A model generated the notes under the pieces. The model did not search any database and was not told where the DNA came from. It saw only the letters and a list, made by a program, of their open reading frames with translations. From Phoronis australis (Eukaryota; Animalia; Phoronida), in NCBI GenBank assembly GCA_002633005.1, contig NMRA01000002.1, positions 2,800,687 to 2,864,686 on the forward strand: a stretch of DNA of 64,000 nt, given 5' to 3'. Below, piece after piece: positions 13,301 through 28,300 of the stretch (position 1 is the stretch's first letter; each line of letters starts with the position of its first letter). The position numbers and the translations under genes are program-made.

Positions 13301-16300
13301 AACAAAAACAACAAAAACTTGATTTCTGTTCGAGATTCTGTAAAACTGTCTTCCTGTCATCTACCGATGTCTTACCTCCCATGAAACTGAGATTTAATAA
13401 GGCTAAGAACAGGAGACTAACCCACTTGCCGGTCAGTGCGCTTGGCAGTGACAGGATAATTGGCTGTGGTAGCAGTGAAAGAGTGAAAATATAGAATGCG
13501 TCTTGCTGGGTATTTTTGAACTGACAGCATGACTGTATTAGTTTTCCTCATGCCCTACTAAGATCAGAAAAAAATTAGTTAACCTTAATTTCAATGCTCC
13601 AATTTTTAGAGAATATGGAATTGGAGAATAACCGTGTTTCCCTGTCACACTCTGCTCATTACTGTGAAATATCAACAGCTCAGAATGAATTATAATGGAA
13701 TTCCAGGAATCAGAATCTCGATTTTCCAAACCCCTCGTCTGGTAGACAGGAAATTAATTGCCTCAAAACGCTTTGGGAAATGTCAACAGAAATGAAAACT
13801 AGCAAGCATATGCATTGCAGATGGGTTTTTAAGTTGAATTGTAAACCAAGCATTGAGACAAAGTGTCGCTATGAACACCCACTGAGACTGTATTGAGAGC
13901 CATAGAGTGTCCACAAACTTTGTACACTCACCTCATTCATACACCCAGAGTTATTTGGAAAAATAACATTTGTCCCTCACTTATTTTATACCAGGCTACT
14001 TGGTGGGAGTTTCTAGCCTCACTTAATTCCCACTGCCAGTTTTCCACTAAAGAAAAATATCAATGCAAAGCTCTAACGTTAATCCTAGTAATACACATCT
14101 CTCTATCTGTGTTAACAAGGTCTGGACTTTGTATGTTCACCACTTAATTCATCTATTCACATGGGATGCCTCATACACAATTACTACTAATTGGATCACG
14201 TTGACAACCCATAGCCGACATTTCTTCAAAGTCGTACACAGGCAGTTGACAATGCTCGGTTATTCAGTTACTTTCGCACACCCATCAACCACAAAATCTG
14301 TATAATTATTCAGTTTATTTGCCACACTTCGCCTATCGGGAAAATATATTCATTTTGTGCGAAATAACTGAAGAACTACTGTGATCAATCAACAGCTTGT
14401 TCTGAAACAGTTAATCGCCGCGGGCAACACCACTTCAACTCTCACCTCTAATACTTTCTTGTATAACTCGGACTTGTCAGGCTTCTTGCCAAATAGGTTG
14501 ATTTTCTGCAAAAAAGTCTAATAATCAGCATGTTTACAGCAATTTGTACATTTTACAAAACAATGTCAATGTAAACTTATGGCCCCTGCAGCCATTTTGT
14601 TATTTCCCAGAAGCAATTATATACAATATGAAATGTGCGGCCAGCTCAGAAAATCAAACTCATTAACAAACAAGATTTAGTTTCTTATTGATAAAAAATA
14701 TTGCAATATGTTGTCAAGCCTGGAGATAGTACTTTTACAGGGTGGCTGTACAGAAAATAGCACTGAAAACCGTCAAATCCACATTCAAGTCTACACAAGA
14801 GTTTGCATGTTCTGCTGGCGAGGATAAATTGTGGCAAAATTTGCTGAAAGGGAAGGATAATTCTAATCGTTAGCTGAGTACACACCCATCCATATTTGAC
14901 TTGAGCGCCCCCCAGAATATCAGAAGGTTCTAATGACAACGTGCATTCCTCAGTTTCCTGTATGTCCGATACGTTCAATCCGGTTCTACAGGTACGCAGC
15001 AATAGTTGAACAGAATAGTGCTTAAGCCAAGATGTTCTAAAAGCATTAGTCAGACAGATCTCCATCAAACAGGAAATGATAAATAGCGTCTACTGGTCAA
15101 GAATAACAAGACGGTAGTTATGATACAGGACTTGAGTAAAATCAAAACTAAAAGCTTGTCAGAACTTATTAGCTTGATACAATTTTAAAAAGTGCTTTGC
15201 ACTGAAGTCTGGAAACCCCACAGCTAGGTCAAGGTCAATAGAGACGCGACACAGAGCGCTGATATGTCCCCACTGTCTGTATCGCAATCATTCTCACCTC
15301 AGGAAGCAACAACAGGGTGAAAAGAAAGTCAGCCAGGTCCCTTAATACGAACACATCTGCCACCTTTCATCATGATTTTCCAAGAAGTTTCATTGGAGGA
15401 TGGGAAGGCGGAAAACAACCAACAGATACAAAAAACAATGAAAAGATCACTAGGGGGCGCAACATAGGCTAAGTCTGTCTAAAATGGGACAGGTGATGTC
15501 TCCGAAATAACTTATTTACAAACTTTATGATCATCCCTTTAAGGAACTGGGAAGTCGGATATCAAGGCAAACACAAAGAAAAGCAAATCTGCCACTTAAG
15601 AAGACTTCACAGCAGCTGGCTTTGTTCTAAAATTCATGTCAGTTGTAACTGTTCTCGACAGAAACAATATGGAATGAGAAAACAGTAGATATAGATCCAC
15701 AGGCAAAAAGAGCATCATATCGTGTTGAAATTCACCCATGACTGCACTGCAAATCGTATGGTAAATATATTGTCATCATTAAAATGGCAACTCAATGGCC
15801 CAGAATATGTCCAACTATTCAAAAATAACAAAAATGTTGCTGACTACCTCATAGAAAACAAGTCGCCACATTTCAAGAAAATTAATCATGAAACACCAAA
15901 GATACAGACAGAGGCACATGATGAGAAAAAATCAAATTTGTCACTCACAGCAGTCTCATCTGTCTGTCTGTTGTCAAGCTCATTAGAATACATTGTTAAC
16001 TCCTGCAAGAGGTTTACTAGGAGATACAGCTGATCTTGATACAACACAATGTCACTAGGGGGCACAAGAGTAGTTGGATCTGATCCAAAATTCACATCAG
16101 TCGTACTCTTGTCAATAAAACACGTCTGTTATGTTTTCGAGGTTGATGCAAATAATAAAGATGGCCACAGAATACATCAAATCCATCTTAAAATGGAAAG
16201 GTGATGTTGCCACCCCATAATAGAAACCCACTTGCCAAGTTTCATGAAAAACACGGAACTCTGGAAACAAGGAGGCTAAGGTACAAACTAAAAATTGCAT

Positions 16301-19300
16301 GTAGAGAGCATAGCTGTAGTCAGAGCTGGTCCAACCATGGTTAGTGGTCGCACTCACAGGTCAACACTTGCCAAATTTCAAAAGGATCCTGCAATGGGCG
16401 AAGGAGATAAGCAGCAAATCCAAAAACAACGTCACCACTAGGGGGTGCAACAGTGTTTGGGCTCACCCAAAAATCAACATCAAATGGGAACTTTTTATAA
16501 GGAGCTCGCACGTTCACCAATTTTCAAGTGATCATTTGACCCGTTTAGCGGATAGAGAGGCTGACATTAAAATAATCACTACGCGGTAAAAAAATGTCAA
16601 TTCAGTCTGAAAATGGTAAGGAATCATCGTCTCCTCAACAGAATCAACTAGATTTCATGAATATCTATTATGGAACTCTGAAGACACAAACGGAAAAAAT
16701 AGAGCTGCCACTAGGGGACACAGAGGTAGTCGTATTGGTCGGAAACACATCATCAACCATCTTCAGCCTCATAGATAAACACATCTTCTGAATTTCACAA
16801 AGGCTTAAGGAGATACACATGTGGATGCAAAAAACATAAAATCGCCAAAACAGTTGGTCCCATAAAAACATCAAAGTCAGCCATTATCTTCTCAGTAGGA
16901 ATATCTGTCAGTTTTCATAATAGTGATTTGAACAATTTGGTGGACAGAAATGCGGATGTCACAATCAGGACTTGAAAATAATAAAAGTGGTCACTAGGTG
17001 GCACAGAATAAAGGCATCGTCATCTCTTTAATAGCATTTCAATACGTAATTGGGCACATGGAAATTGTTATAATTATGATTCTTGGAGTGATTTAGCGAC
17101 GAAAGGGAGGCAAATTTAACAACAAACCTGCAAAGAGCTTACGAGAAGGTACAGAGGCAAACGTAAAAATGAAATAGTCCCAACAGCGACTGAACTATGT
17201 TCCCAAAATTTTCAGTGCACCTTCTTTACTCACTAATAGTATATTGCCAGTCATTACATGTTTATTGTGAGCTGTTATTTTACTTTGTATTATCTGAAAA
17301 CTGAGCCTTTACTTCAACGGAAATAGACAGGGACTAGGAAATTAGTGACATTGCATAAAAAGGTGATTGTTCTTAATTTCAATAATAATTAAGAATTCAA
17401 AATGCAGACATTCAGGGTTTGCACAAAGTCCGCAAGTGAGCTGGTATTCTGAGACTTTTGAATGAATTTTGAGTCTGGTCAAGAAGGTGAAAGTACCAAA
17501 GAAAAGACAACAAAGCAGCATACATAGTACACAATCAAGTGTATAACATTCAAGCCACAGATGAATTAAAATTTAACGCCACTTATAAAAATTCATATTA
17601 ATTAAAAAATGGCAATAATTACTTACAGGGGTGCCGCAATGTGAGAACCACTTTGAGGTCAGTTATTCTGTGCAGAAAACTTGTTCTCAAAATGCAGGAC
17701 AGCTGTAAGAGACCATTACCAAAAAAAAAATACTTACAGATTTCTCCTTCACTTTCCTAATTTGTTCTGAGGTATATTGATGCCGTATTTGTGTTATCAT
17801 GAAGGAAGGTATCTGAAAACAGAGTAACCCAGTGTAGTCATGGCAACCACTGCAGTGTTAGCAGCATGGACGCGAAAACATAGTCTCCAATTCTTGGTTA
17901 GTTTTACCAGGTAGGAAATTTATTAACCCAGCGCTCATCTCGGCAACAAGTCTGTATTCTACCGTGACTAGTTTGGCAACCCGTGAATTCGCTGGTACCA
18001 CAGCAGAAGTAGAATCTACCACAGGTACCAGAGTTAAAAACACTGATCTTCAGAAACATACTTCTAATGATGACTCGTCTGAGACCAACTGCTGCTGCTG
18101 TGCAAGTGTGACATACATGTAACTTCAGCGCCATCTGTACATGAACGATATAGGCGAGTGTGTATGTGCCTAGCAATTACCGATTGGGTTGCATTGGAGT
18201 AAACATTTTTAAACGACATAATACAACTAATGTGGGTCACAAAACAAAGAAACCAATCACATTCCATGGACAATTGGCAGTAATTCTGTAAGTACATTCA
18301 GAAAATTGCCAAAATTCATCAACTTGGCACTTGACCCTTCCTGGTAATGTCTTCCCTGTAATAGAACTATTGTCACAACTTCTGGTCTCATTAACACATG
18401 ACATTTGGCTGTCTTATTTCTCCAAAATTGCCTCCGTTTATCAATTTAAGCCATCCTGGCGTTAACATTTATAGAAACGTCTAAAAATCCCAGGAAATAC
18501 CTCAAGCAATAATGTACTCACCACCCACAAGATCTCTTCATATTTGATGAGCATTCGAACAATGTTTGACATGCCAACAGCACTAGCGACCTCCATTACG
18601 GCTGCAGATTGCTTCTTACCGGAACAGAACAAGTTGGGCGCGACTATCATGGCGACGTTGCTAAGCGTCATCTTGTTGTGCTCCTGGTTGAGCACTATTT
18701 TCTTTAAGAACACAACTAATACCTGAAAAGCAGAGAGAGAAATGCTGGTACAGAAGCCAATCTTCAGAAGCCATTAATGTTAAAAAACAACGAAATACTA
18801 TCAAATATACCTTTGGAAAAAAATAATTGCTAATTCACCAAAACCCATATTTAAAGTTTGTAGTAATGCGGTTACAAAATTGTTCTGAATCTAGTAAGTA
18901 AATACAAGTAATAAATAGTAAGTAAGTAGTACTAGAAACTTAATTGCCTCCGAGCTTGATAACACATCACAAACTTATCTTATACTCTGTTTCAATACTC
19001 CTGCAAGATTTTCGCTGTTTTCAAATCACCAAAATAAAATAGTCTTACAATATAGTTCATGTCTGGCTGTATTATCAACACACCAACAATTCCAAAACAG
19101 AACTACTAATCACGAGCTTGCAGTAACTGGCTTGATGTGCATGCAACCACACAGACACCAGTCGGCAAAATCCGTTATAATTTTAATTAGTAAAAATTGT
19201 TCGTTTTCACCGCTGTCTGCCATATATTCGCTGAAATCAAGGCAGGTAACTTTACCACGTAAATGCACTTCAAATACTCTGCCAGTTATATTGTGCGATT

Positions 19301-22300
19301 TAGGCTCAATTCCACACCGAGGCTGATCTTAGAAATCATTTTCTTCACCAACATTGTCGCTTTAAGATTTAGATCTTCATGTTACACAGCATGACTTATA
19401 AACGCTTCGTTATAGAAATAACAAACGTTCTCCTCGTTAGACGAACAACATGTTACAAAATGATAGTAGTTCTTACTCTCAGTGTATCTCTGTGGATGTC
19501 TGGGAGCAGTAGTAGTAACAGGTTTATTGCTTGCAGTTTCTGTTTAGTGTCGGGAATATCTGGAATTGATCGAAACATAAATGTCATCGACACGACGTGA
19601 ATACGTCACAAGACTTGAAGCTAGACAACATTCATTCCTCAGCTGTTCTGATCAATAATGCTGATATCAGGCGAATGCAATTATTTTTGTGAACTGTATT
19701 TCTTTTCACATCCAGCATAGTTTTATTCTTGAAAACACATTTCTTTCTACGTGAACCGAGCAATGCCTTCAATACTTAAACAAGGGGCAAGATTTGCACG
19801 CTCCTGATTATATTTAGCACATGCTCAGTGCAATGCAATCTGCATCCTACAAGTGGGTGTAACTGTGGTTTATGAAGAAAGAACTAATTAAACGACATGT
19901 TTATTAGAATACACTTGTGGTGTACGAGAAAAGAAATAGCGTTCCAGAAAAAAGAATTGACTATTCATCGGAAATAGAACACAATGATAACGTGCATGTC
20001 TTGTGGGAGAGCAAGACCGATTACAATAGACTTGTCAAACAAAAACTACAGCTTTGGACAGAATCAAACAAAAGACCACCTCATCAATCACTAATTCCAT
20101 CAAGACACACACTCACGCTCTTCAACATGGAGAAAAGCCTCGATGTAATCGTTGGACAGTAGAGGGTTCGGAAGTTCTCGTAGAAACTGTTTGAGTAAGG
20201 CTGCCGCGTCATTTGGCCGTATTCCGTCCCAAGAGAAATTACCGCTCTGAAATTTGTCTTCTATTTCTTGTCTTAAGTTCTAAAAAGCAGAAAATAAGAG
20301 CAGTATGAAACAATTATGCAACAGAGATTTATTGATCTAGGTCAGCCTTCAGGGACAACGTGACATTTTAGAAAATTCCACCTCATGGGCATTTAAAACT
20401 ACTTTTTTGTCCTGTTAAGCCGTCAGTGACGAATTCTACTCCGAAGGGCTTTGGTATTTTTAGCTGAATCCTACTTTTGTCAATTTGTTACTCAGGTGAG
20501 GCGCCAATTGTGCTTTAACAAGTGACAGAATGAGGATTGGTTGATACCACCACAACAGGGTTCAGTATTCTTTTAATGTGTCACTTTGACCATTATTTAG
20601 CAGTCAATGGTGAATTCTTAACTGAAGCGCTCTGTGGCTTAAAACATCACCATGCTTATCTGATTTTGAATTGTCCCTAAATGCGCCGAAAACTCAGAAG
20701 TCCCAAGCAATGCTTACAAGTGCTATTTTTGAATTCGCAATTTCAGGGTTGGCCAAGCCTAATGAACTCTGAAACATTTTATCGATGGTTTCGATGCCCT
20801 TGTTGTTTATGGAAACGGAATCCTATCACAGTTAGGAATATTATGACTTTTATGTAACAAAAGGCCTGATAAGATTTTTGTTTTTATCCAACTAAATAGT
20901 GTGAAATGCAGCTTTACAAAAAATAGTAGCAGCTATGAATCTCGTAACACTATGTCAAAATGGTGCTTAAATAAAGAAAACAAGAATATCAAAACAAGAG
21001 ATAATCATAAAATTGATTGCATATGGCAAAATCTTAATGAAATTGCCCCCAACAACATTTGGAGTTGGGTTGGATACTTAATGGGTACATACGTGCACGT
21101 ACACATAGTTGTTGGTGTGGGGAATGGATTAAAGTTTTGCCTCAGTACTTCAATAACACCCATCTTTAAAGTATTAAATAAATGAGAGTAAAAATGGTTT
21201 TAATTATTAAGCTTCATTCTGACGACAGTTTAACCATAGACAAGAAAAATAAACTTAGTACCTGATTCTACAACTCAATATTTTGAGACAAAACAATTTA
21301 CACTAGGCATTGGGTAAAACGGGATATCCCAAGATTACGAGACACATAATCAAACCTCAGTCTAGTATTTAATTTTCCTTCATTATTATTAAAAACAGAT
21401 GATTGCGGATCTATCAAAAAACACCCAGGTTCACTAAAAGAGTACAAGAAAACAATGCATTTATTAATTTTCAAGCACTACTTCTCGACTCAGTGTACAA
21501 GACAGTACAGTCAGCATATAACCATCCATGCTAAACACATCGAAGAAATAATTCCCAGGATACCACTGGAGAAACTTTCCTGAAACTGTTTCTAGGTTAA
21601 ACTGATTAATTAACCTTAGCTAAGGCAAACTAAAGACTAAAATATTAAATAGAACCTCACGCACAGAAGTCATGTTTTAGCATTTTCTGAATACATCTAA
21701 ATACATAAGTTTCAGGAAATCGTAATTATTCTTGATTTCCACTAAACATAAATTCTGTAACAAAGCAGGATTTACATGCCAGACAATAACCAGAGGAATC
21801 ATTTTACAAATTAATGCCCTTTACTAGAAATTCTTGGGATTTCTCGTTACGGTTCCCTCCAATAGTACTTGTAATTCCCAGGGACTGAACTTTAATTTCA
21901 TTTATTAACTACTTAGTATTGAACAATGAAAAAGCTACTGGTCTGCAATATCACTCTACTGGACTGTTCTCTTCTGGAATTAGGTTCCATAATATATAAA
22001 AAAATAACAGTGCAGGTGGTCTGATGTCATTTGCGGTGCATCAGACCTGCGCCTCATGGTTGGGCCCATTGCACAAAACACCTGAGCAAAAGCACGAGAG
22101 CCCAATTATGGCTCCTCGTGAAGAAAGTTTTCAAGTCTGCCAGTCTCCTTTAGGAAAACGGACAGACGTTTCCATTTGTTGCCATGCACTATATGTTGAA
22201 GGCATGTAACAGTGCCATCCAGTAGGTTGCTCCTTAGCCTATAAAAAGCTGGGCAAGACTCTACCAGATGTTTAGCAGATTCTACGTCAGTACCACACTC

Positions 22301-25300
22301 AGGACACACAGGGCTCCCCATATGCCCAGTAATGTGTCTGTGTCGAGCTAGGTTGCAGTGGCCCGTCAGAATTTGAATGACGTGTCTTATACCCAATCTA
22401 TCTAGACTCAGAAGGCTTTTTGAACCTTTTGGTTCGATCACGTTGGCAAAATTCTCCTTGGTTTCCAATATATCCTGGAACAATATTATTTTTTAAATCT
22501 TAAATTTTCTGAAAGTACTAAGTACTCCAGAACATTTTAATGCTAAAAATATCAATACCATTATATAATGACAGCCACTTTGATTTCATAATACGTTTTT
22601 GATATTCTGCCAACAATAAAAAAAAAATTTCAATCTAACAACTTTCCACCATAGTGCACACCAAACTCGATAGAAGTCACTTACACGGTCTCACATCTTG
22701 AGACCAAGTTCTCTCCACTGAACGGACATTAAACTGGTTCTCAGAGTCCAAGACTCCCTGTAAGTGACAATCTCCCAAAGTCTCCTACTCACCTTGATTC
22801 TGACAGCAGATCCTGGCACTCTGAGAATACCCTCCACCTGAAGACCACTCTTTTCAATGCAGTGTATAATCTGTCCAGTAAACAAAATCATAATCAAACA
22901 CAATTGCAATACAAAGCATCTTCAGAAGCAGAGAGAATAACTTGTTGCCTGAGCAATACCAACCGCAGCTCCATCTTTTGTTCAAATGATAAACTGATCA
23001 GAGAGAGCAGCAGTTAGTTCATTGTCATTTGACTAAGAACTGATAGTTACTCCATCCTGTAGTGAAAGGGTAAAAAAATCAGCAAGACAGGCAGTTAATT
23101 GGTTGTCATCTAACCACCTATACCTGCTTCAACATGTAGTGAAAGGGTACATTGATCATAAGGACAGGCAGTAAGTTGGCTGGTAGTAATTCAAAAACAA
23201 ATAGGTATCCCACCTGGTGGTGAAATATAAAACAATCACAGAGATAACTGCTTTGACAAATGGAATATGCCTTAAACTGTTGGTATCCACGTAAGACTTC
23301 GACATGTACGGGAACTTGAGAAATAAGGTGAAAGCAAATATCTCACATTCCCCGAATTTCAGAATCAGAAGATTCACTTTGTGTTTGGATTTTGGTGTCC
23401 CAAATGTTAGAGCCCATCCCAAATTAAAGAAGTTTTATCTCACTATAATAAATTTGTTAGAATCATGCCAGTACAGAGGAATAAAATTTAGAAAAAATAA
23501 AAAGACAAAAAATAAAACTACAAGTGCAAGACACCGATAGTATACAACGTCAAAGACTTATTTCCAATATGGTCCATTGTGACTGACCATGCGCTGAAAA
23601 TTTGTGTTTACAAAGTGTACAATGTCACGCAGCAGTCATGCATGTTAACAAATCAGCCAAAGGTTTGGTGGCGACATGAGGTCGTGAAGCCGTTCATCCC
23701 CAGATGAAGACCAATGAGAAGAGTATGAGTACTTAGAGTGCGACATTCGTAGAATGAAAAAACTAAACAAGGCAATTGACCAACACTTGAAAAGTAACTA
23801 CTGATTTTATTCTTAGAATAGGTGAGCGTTGAACTCAGACGATGTTGAAAAAATACTTAAACGCTTTGAGCCGTGTTTAGTGTGTAGCCAGAGTACAAGT
23901 GGGCTAATGATATGGACACCACAAGGGTGCATTAAGGGGTTTGATAGTTTTAATCTATCATTGAACTTTTTGTAAATTCTGCTATTTTGCATGGTAATTT
24001 TTAAAATAAACTGGACATTATCAAAATTCGACAAAGTTTTGACACACAATAACGTTAACCACTAACAAGAGCAACGTGGAGCGTTGAAATGCGCCCACAA
24101 TTGCACCGCATACGGTATCCTTCTACGGTTGTTTGTTGGTACCATAAAGTGGCCAGTAGAGGGCATACTTTGCAAAATGGAAAGGCATGGTCATTGTCTC
24201 CTCAATAGGCTAGGGGCAAAATGTGAGTAATCTTCATAATAAAAGCACATCCTATACACCAGTTGCTTAAAGCACCACAGAAACATAGAATTAAAAACAA
24301 ATTTACCAACATACGAGATTAGCACAGCATTAGAATGCCAGAAACAAATTTCTACTTGGAACTTTTCCTTCACAGTCACGAAGTAACACAAAGTATACAC
24401 CTGAAGACCTATGAAAATACAGAGGTCAATGTAAAATACTAAAATTGCCACTAGAGGCAAATACTAAAATTGCCACTAGAGGCATACCGGTAGTCAGAAT
24501 CATCCTAAAGTCGTCATCGTCCGTTGTCAACATCACATAAATACACTTGCTAAATTTAGTAAAGATCCTGCAAACGGTTTGGGAGATACAGCCATGGGCG
24601 CAAAAAAACAAAACTGCCACTAGGAGGCGCCACAGTAGTCCAAATCGTCTGAAAATCATTGTCAGCTGTCTTCCTTATAGTAAGCACATACACGCCAATT
24701 TTCACAATCATCCTTTGAGCGGTTTGGTTGATAGAGGGGTGGACGCAAAAATACAGACTCGAAAACAGTAAAAATGGCCACTAGGTGGCGCAAACTATGT
24801 CGAATCCATCTGAAAACAGGAGGATAGCGTCATCTCACTAATAGGTGCCTACATACCAAATTTCATGAAAATCCGTTCAGGACTTTTGAAGATACAAAGG
24901 TAAGCGTAAAAAACTAAAATTGCCACTAGGGGGCACACCGGTAGTCGGATCCGTCCGAAAGTTCGCACATGCCGTCCCATTCATGAATGGAACATATGTG
25001 CCAAATTTCATGAACGTATGTCAAAGGGTTTTGGAGATAGAGCAGCGGATGCCGGACGCCAGACGCCGGACGGACGGACGAACGGACAGAGATGACGGCA
25101 TAATGCGTCCACATATAAATATGTGGGCGCATAAAAATGACAATTTTTTGATATATTTATGACCAGTTCGTTTTACCTTTGGAGAACAGAGATGATTGTT
25201 GGTGATATCACAACTAGTGTACAACCCTTTACACGTTAGGGTAATATGACTGAAGCACAAAACAGCCCAAACAATCATCTAAATACTGCAAAAGAATTGA

Positions 25301-28300
25301 GATATCTGAACACGGAATACCCAATGCTAGTTTCGTTTACCTTTTTGAACACAAGAGGCACTGTGGTGGGAGGAGCAGACGGATTACGCTTGTTGTCTTG
25401 TTCACAAAGAGATTGCAGTGAAACACCAAACAGACCGCCATCTGGTGGAGATTTGAGTAAAGATGAGCAGCAAGCAAAACTAGACATTTGACAAGTTAAC
25501 AGCAAGGAATAGATGAGTAAAGAGTTACATTGAATTTCCTGGGCACTGTATATTATTTTTATCTCTGTTCTAGAAAATTGACAAATTGTTTGTAGTAAAG
25601 TTACAATTTTGCACTCGAATAATGTGCCGAGGTTGGCTTCAGTTTTGAGCTGGAAATTAGATCACAATCAATCAGGGAATGTGTGGTAATAGGTGCAAAT
25701 ATTCAGGAAGTTGTCTTTTGTCTTTCACGTACTCTAAACATACATCTACGAGAAATAAAGTAACATTTACAGTAAATGCAAAGCAATATGTCGTAAAATT
25801 GTGTTTTGAATACGGTCGTGCTTTGTGAGACCAAGCAAATCATTGAAAATCATAGCCTGCAAGTAAAACTATGAGCCCACATTTTGAAAAGTCTACAATA
25901 AAGGTCCAAATACTTTTATGACAGTGTTTTTGTCTGATCTACCTTTATATTTCACCTACATGTTTACAAACTAAATAAGCTTAAAAGATTTGTTGAAAAT
26001 TTATCAACAAATTATTTTTGAACACTGTCAATAACTTACTATGCAGTAATTACTATCCATCAAATCTTTCAATCAAAACTTCCCTATTTGTAGAACAAAC
26101 GATTCACCTTTTACTTTCCTTTTTCCTTTCCTCTTGGTGAACGTAATGTTATAAACATCAAACAGTGAGGTTAACTCAATCAGACCAAGAGACCGACATC
26201 TGGTCATGTCTTCGTGACCTAGATCACCAAACCGGGTGACGCCGAGATTGTCTTTCACTAAAATGAACGCCTGAAAAAAGAAAAAGGAAGTGAGCGCATG
26301 AGCTGGAGTGATGTCTGAGTTATTCACACTGCAATGTCACAAATTTAAAACAAATGTCAGACTCTGTCATAGACGAGGTTCATTCACACAGCCATAAACA
26401 ACTTTGAGATCAGAACAAATACCAGTTCTCTTCACAAGTTAGACTATTCGCCCTTCCAAAGCAACGTCATCACGTTCTTATCTTGTAATTGGTTCGAATT
26501 GAAATTGTTTACCAGTGAAATTCCCAATGGCCATACTCTCTTGGCGACTGAAACGAACTCGCCGCAACAAGCTACAACTGGCACATGCTCCAAAGCCATA
26601 ACAACTAGTCAGTTCTACCAAAGCTTAGATATCATTTCCAATCTTGGTAAAAAACGAGACTAGTTTTTAAAGGCAAGGGATCTTTACAAGAAAACAATGA
26701 AATTGACGAGGGGACTTCAAAATTTGTAAACGTCAGCTGATACTGTCGTGAATATGCAAGATATGCAATGACACAAGTTTTTTGTCTTGTATTAGGACAA
26801 GTGCTCAAGCATACTTTGCACGACTTCGCAAAACTTTTCCCTTTCTTGCGAGCAAAACACATTCATTTTGAATCTGCATCTTGTACTCCTTCATTTTACA
26901 AAAACAACGTCTCTTACCGGCATTTCATCTTTATCATCCACCTTCTGCTCATCATCAACATCCTGAAATACCAAGTTAATTACCAGATTATGTAATATTT
27001 CATGGTTTAATAAGTAACACTAAAAACGGGATAAAATAGGAAAAACTTATATCGTTCGAAATTGAAAGTAACGTGAGAAACACCAGATTCTTTTATAACA
27101 AGAAAATGCTCACAAGTTTGGCACATGGAGATAGAAGTGATTCATCACTTTTGAAATGAAACGTCACGTCATCATCGGATATCACGGGAAGACCGTCGTT
27201 GCTACACCTCTTGTAGCTCCCTCTGTTGTTGTTGTCAGCGGCACGAGAATTGATATTCAGAATTTCCACACCTGAAATGTTAGGAGAGAAAAGGGTAATT
27301 TTTATAGAAATCAACTTTTGACAGCAACAGGATGCTACAAGTACAAGTAGACTGAGGAGTTTGTAATGAACATAGGTCTGAAAAGATTCTGCCCCCGTCC
27401 TATATTTCCGCGCTGGTTCAAGATTTACATACTTATGTAGGACCCTAGAAATATATCCCAGTTTGTTTAACTTTTATTTGGTACATCTTGTCTAAGAAAT
27501 GGCAGATTGGATTCGTATGACATGACCACGTGGCGCAACTAATGGCAGACTGGTTAGCCAAAAAAATTCTGTAGATTTTCTATATTCAGAAAATTACTTT
27601 TATTGACCTAACATCTATTATAGCTTTGTAGATGTTTGCCGAAACAGACAAACTTGTCGATAGGGTCCTTCATAACCATAAGGTAACTTTTTTAATGTTC
27701 ATTTTCAACCCACAGAAATATATTTTTTTTGAATACTCAATGAAAGAACTGGCTTAAAAGTCAGGCTAAAAATTCTTTATAATCATGTGACCACGATTTT
27801 TATGGAAAGTTATCATTTATTGGCACTGAACATGAAATTCCACAAAACCTAATTGTGGACGACTTTGAGCTTTAACTAGACAATCTTATTATAGTCAATA
27901 TACAGGAATCGTCTCAGATTTTTCATTTACAGTCGAGGAATCTTACAACAGTTTCAAAATTAACTTGACACACTTCGACTGAAATCTGCAAGGCTGACAA
28001 ACTCGGATAAACATCTTGCCAGAATTATTTGGCAGTTTATTTGAACTTATGTTGCGTTTCTGTAAAATTTCTAGATGGTAACTTTTTATTCATACAATGG
28101 ATTCGCAGAGTAAGCTGCCATGATTTCACAGAAGAGGATGGAGCAATACCTGTCAAGATTTTGTATCTTAAATCCAAGGACATTATCAAAGTGATATATT
28201 TGATGTGGTTAAATGTTCACAAGTGACAAGCAGAAAGCTAACATCCAAAGTCTAGTCTTCAAAAGGAAAGTTAAATGAATGTAAAGCTGTGTCATTTGTG

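Noticed and set aside
13428-13465. Possible extra RhoGAP exon (pyrimidine tract + cacag acceptor)
   Set aside because: Only a GC-type donor that would shift phase; the flanking exons already join in frame.
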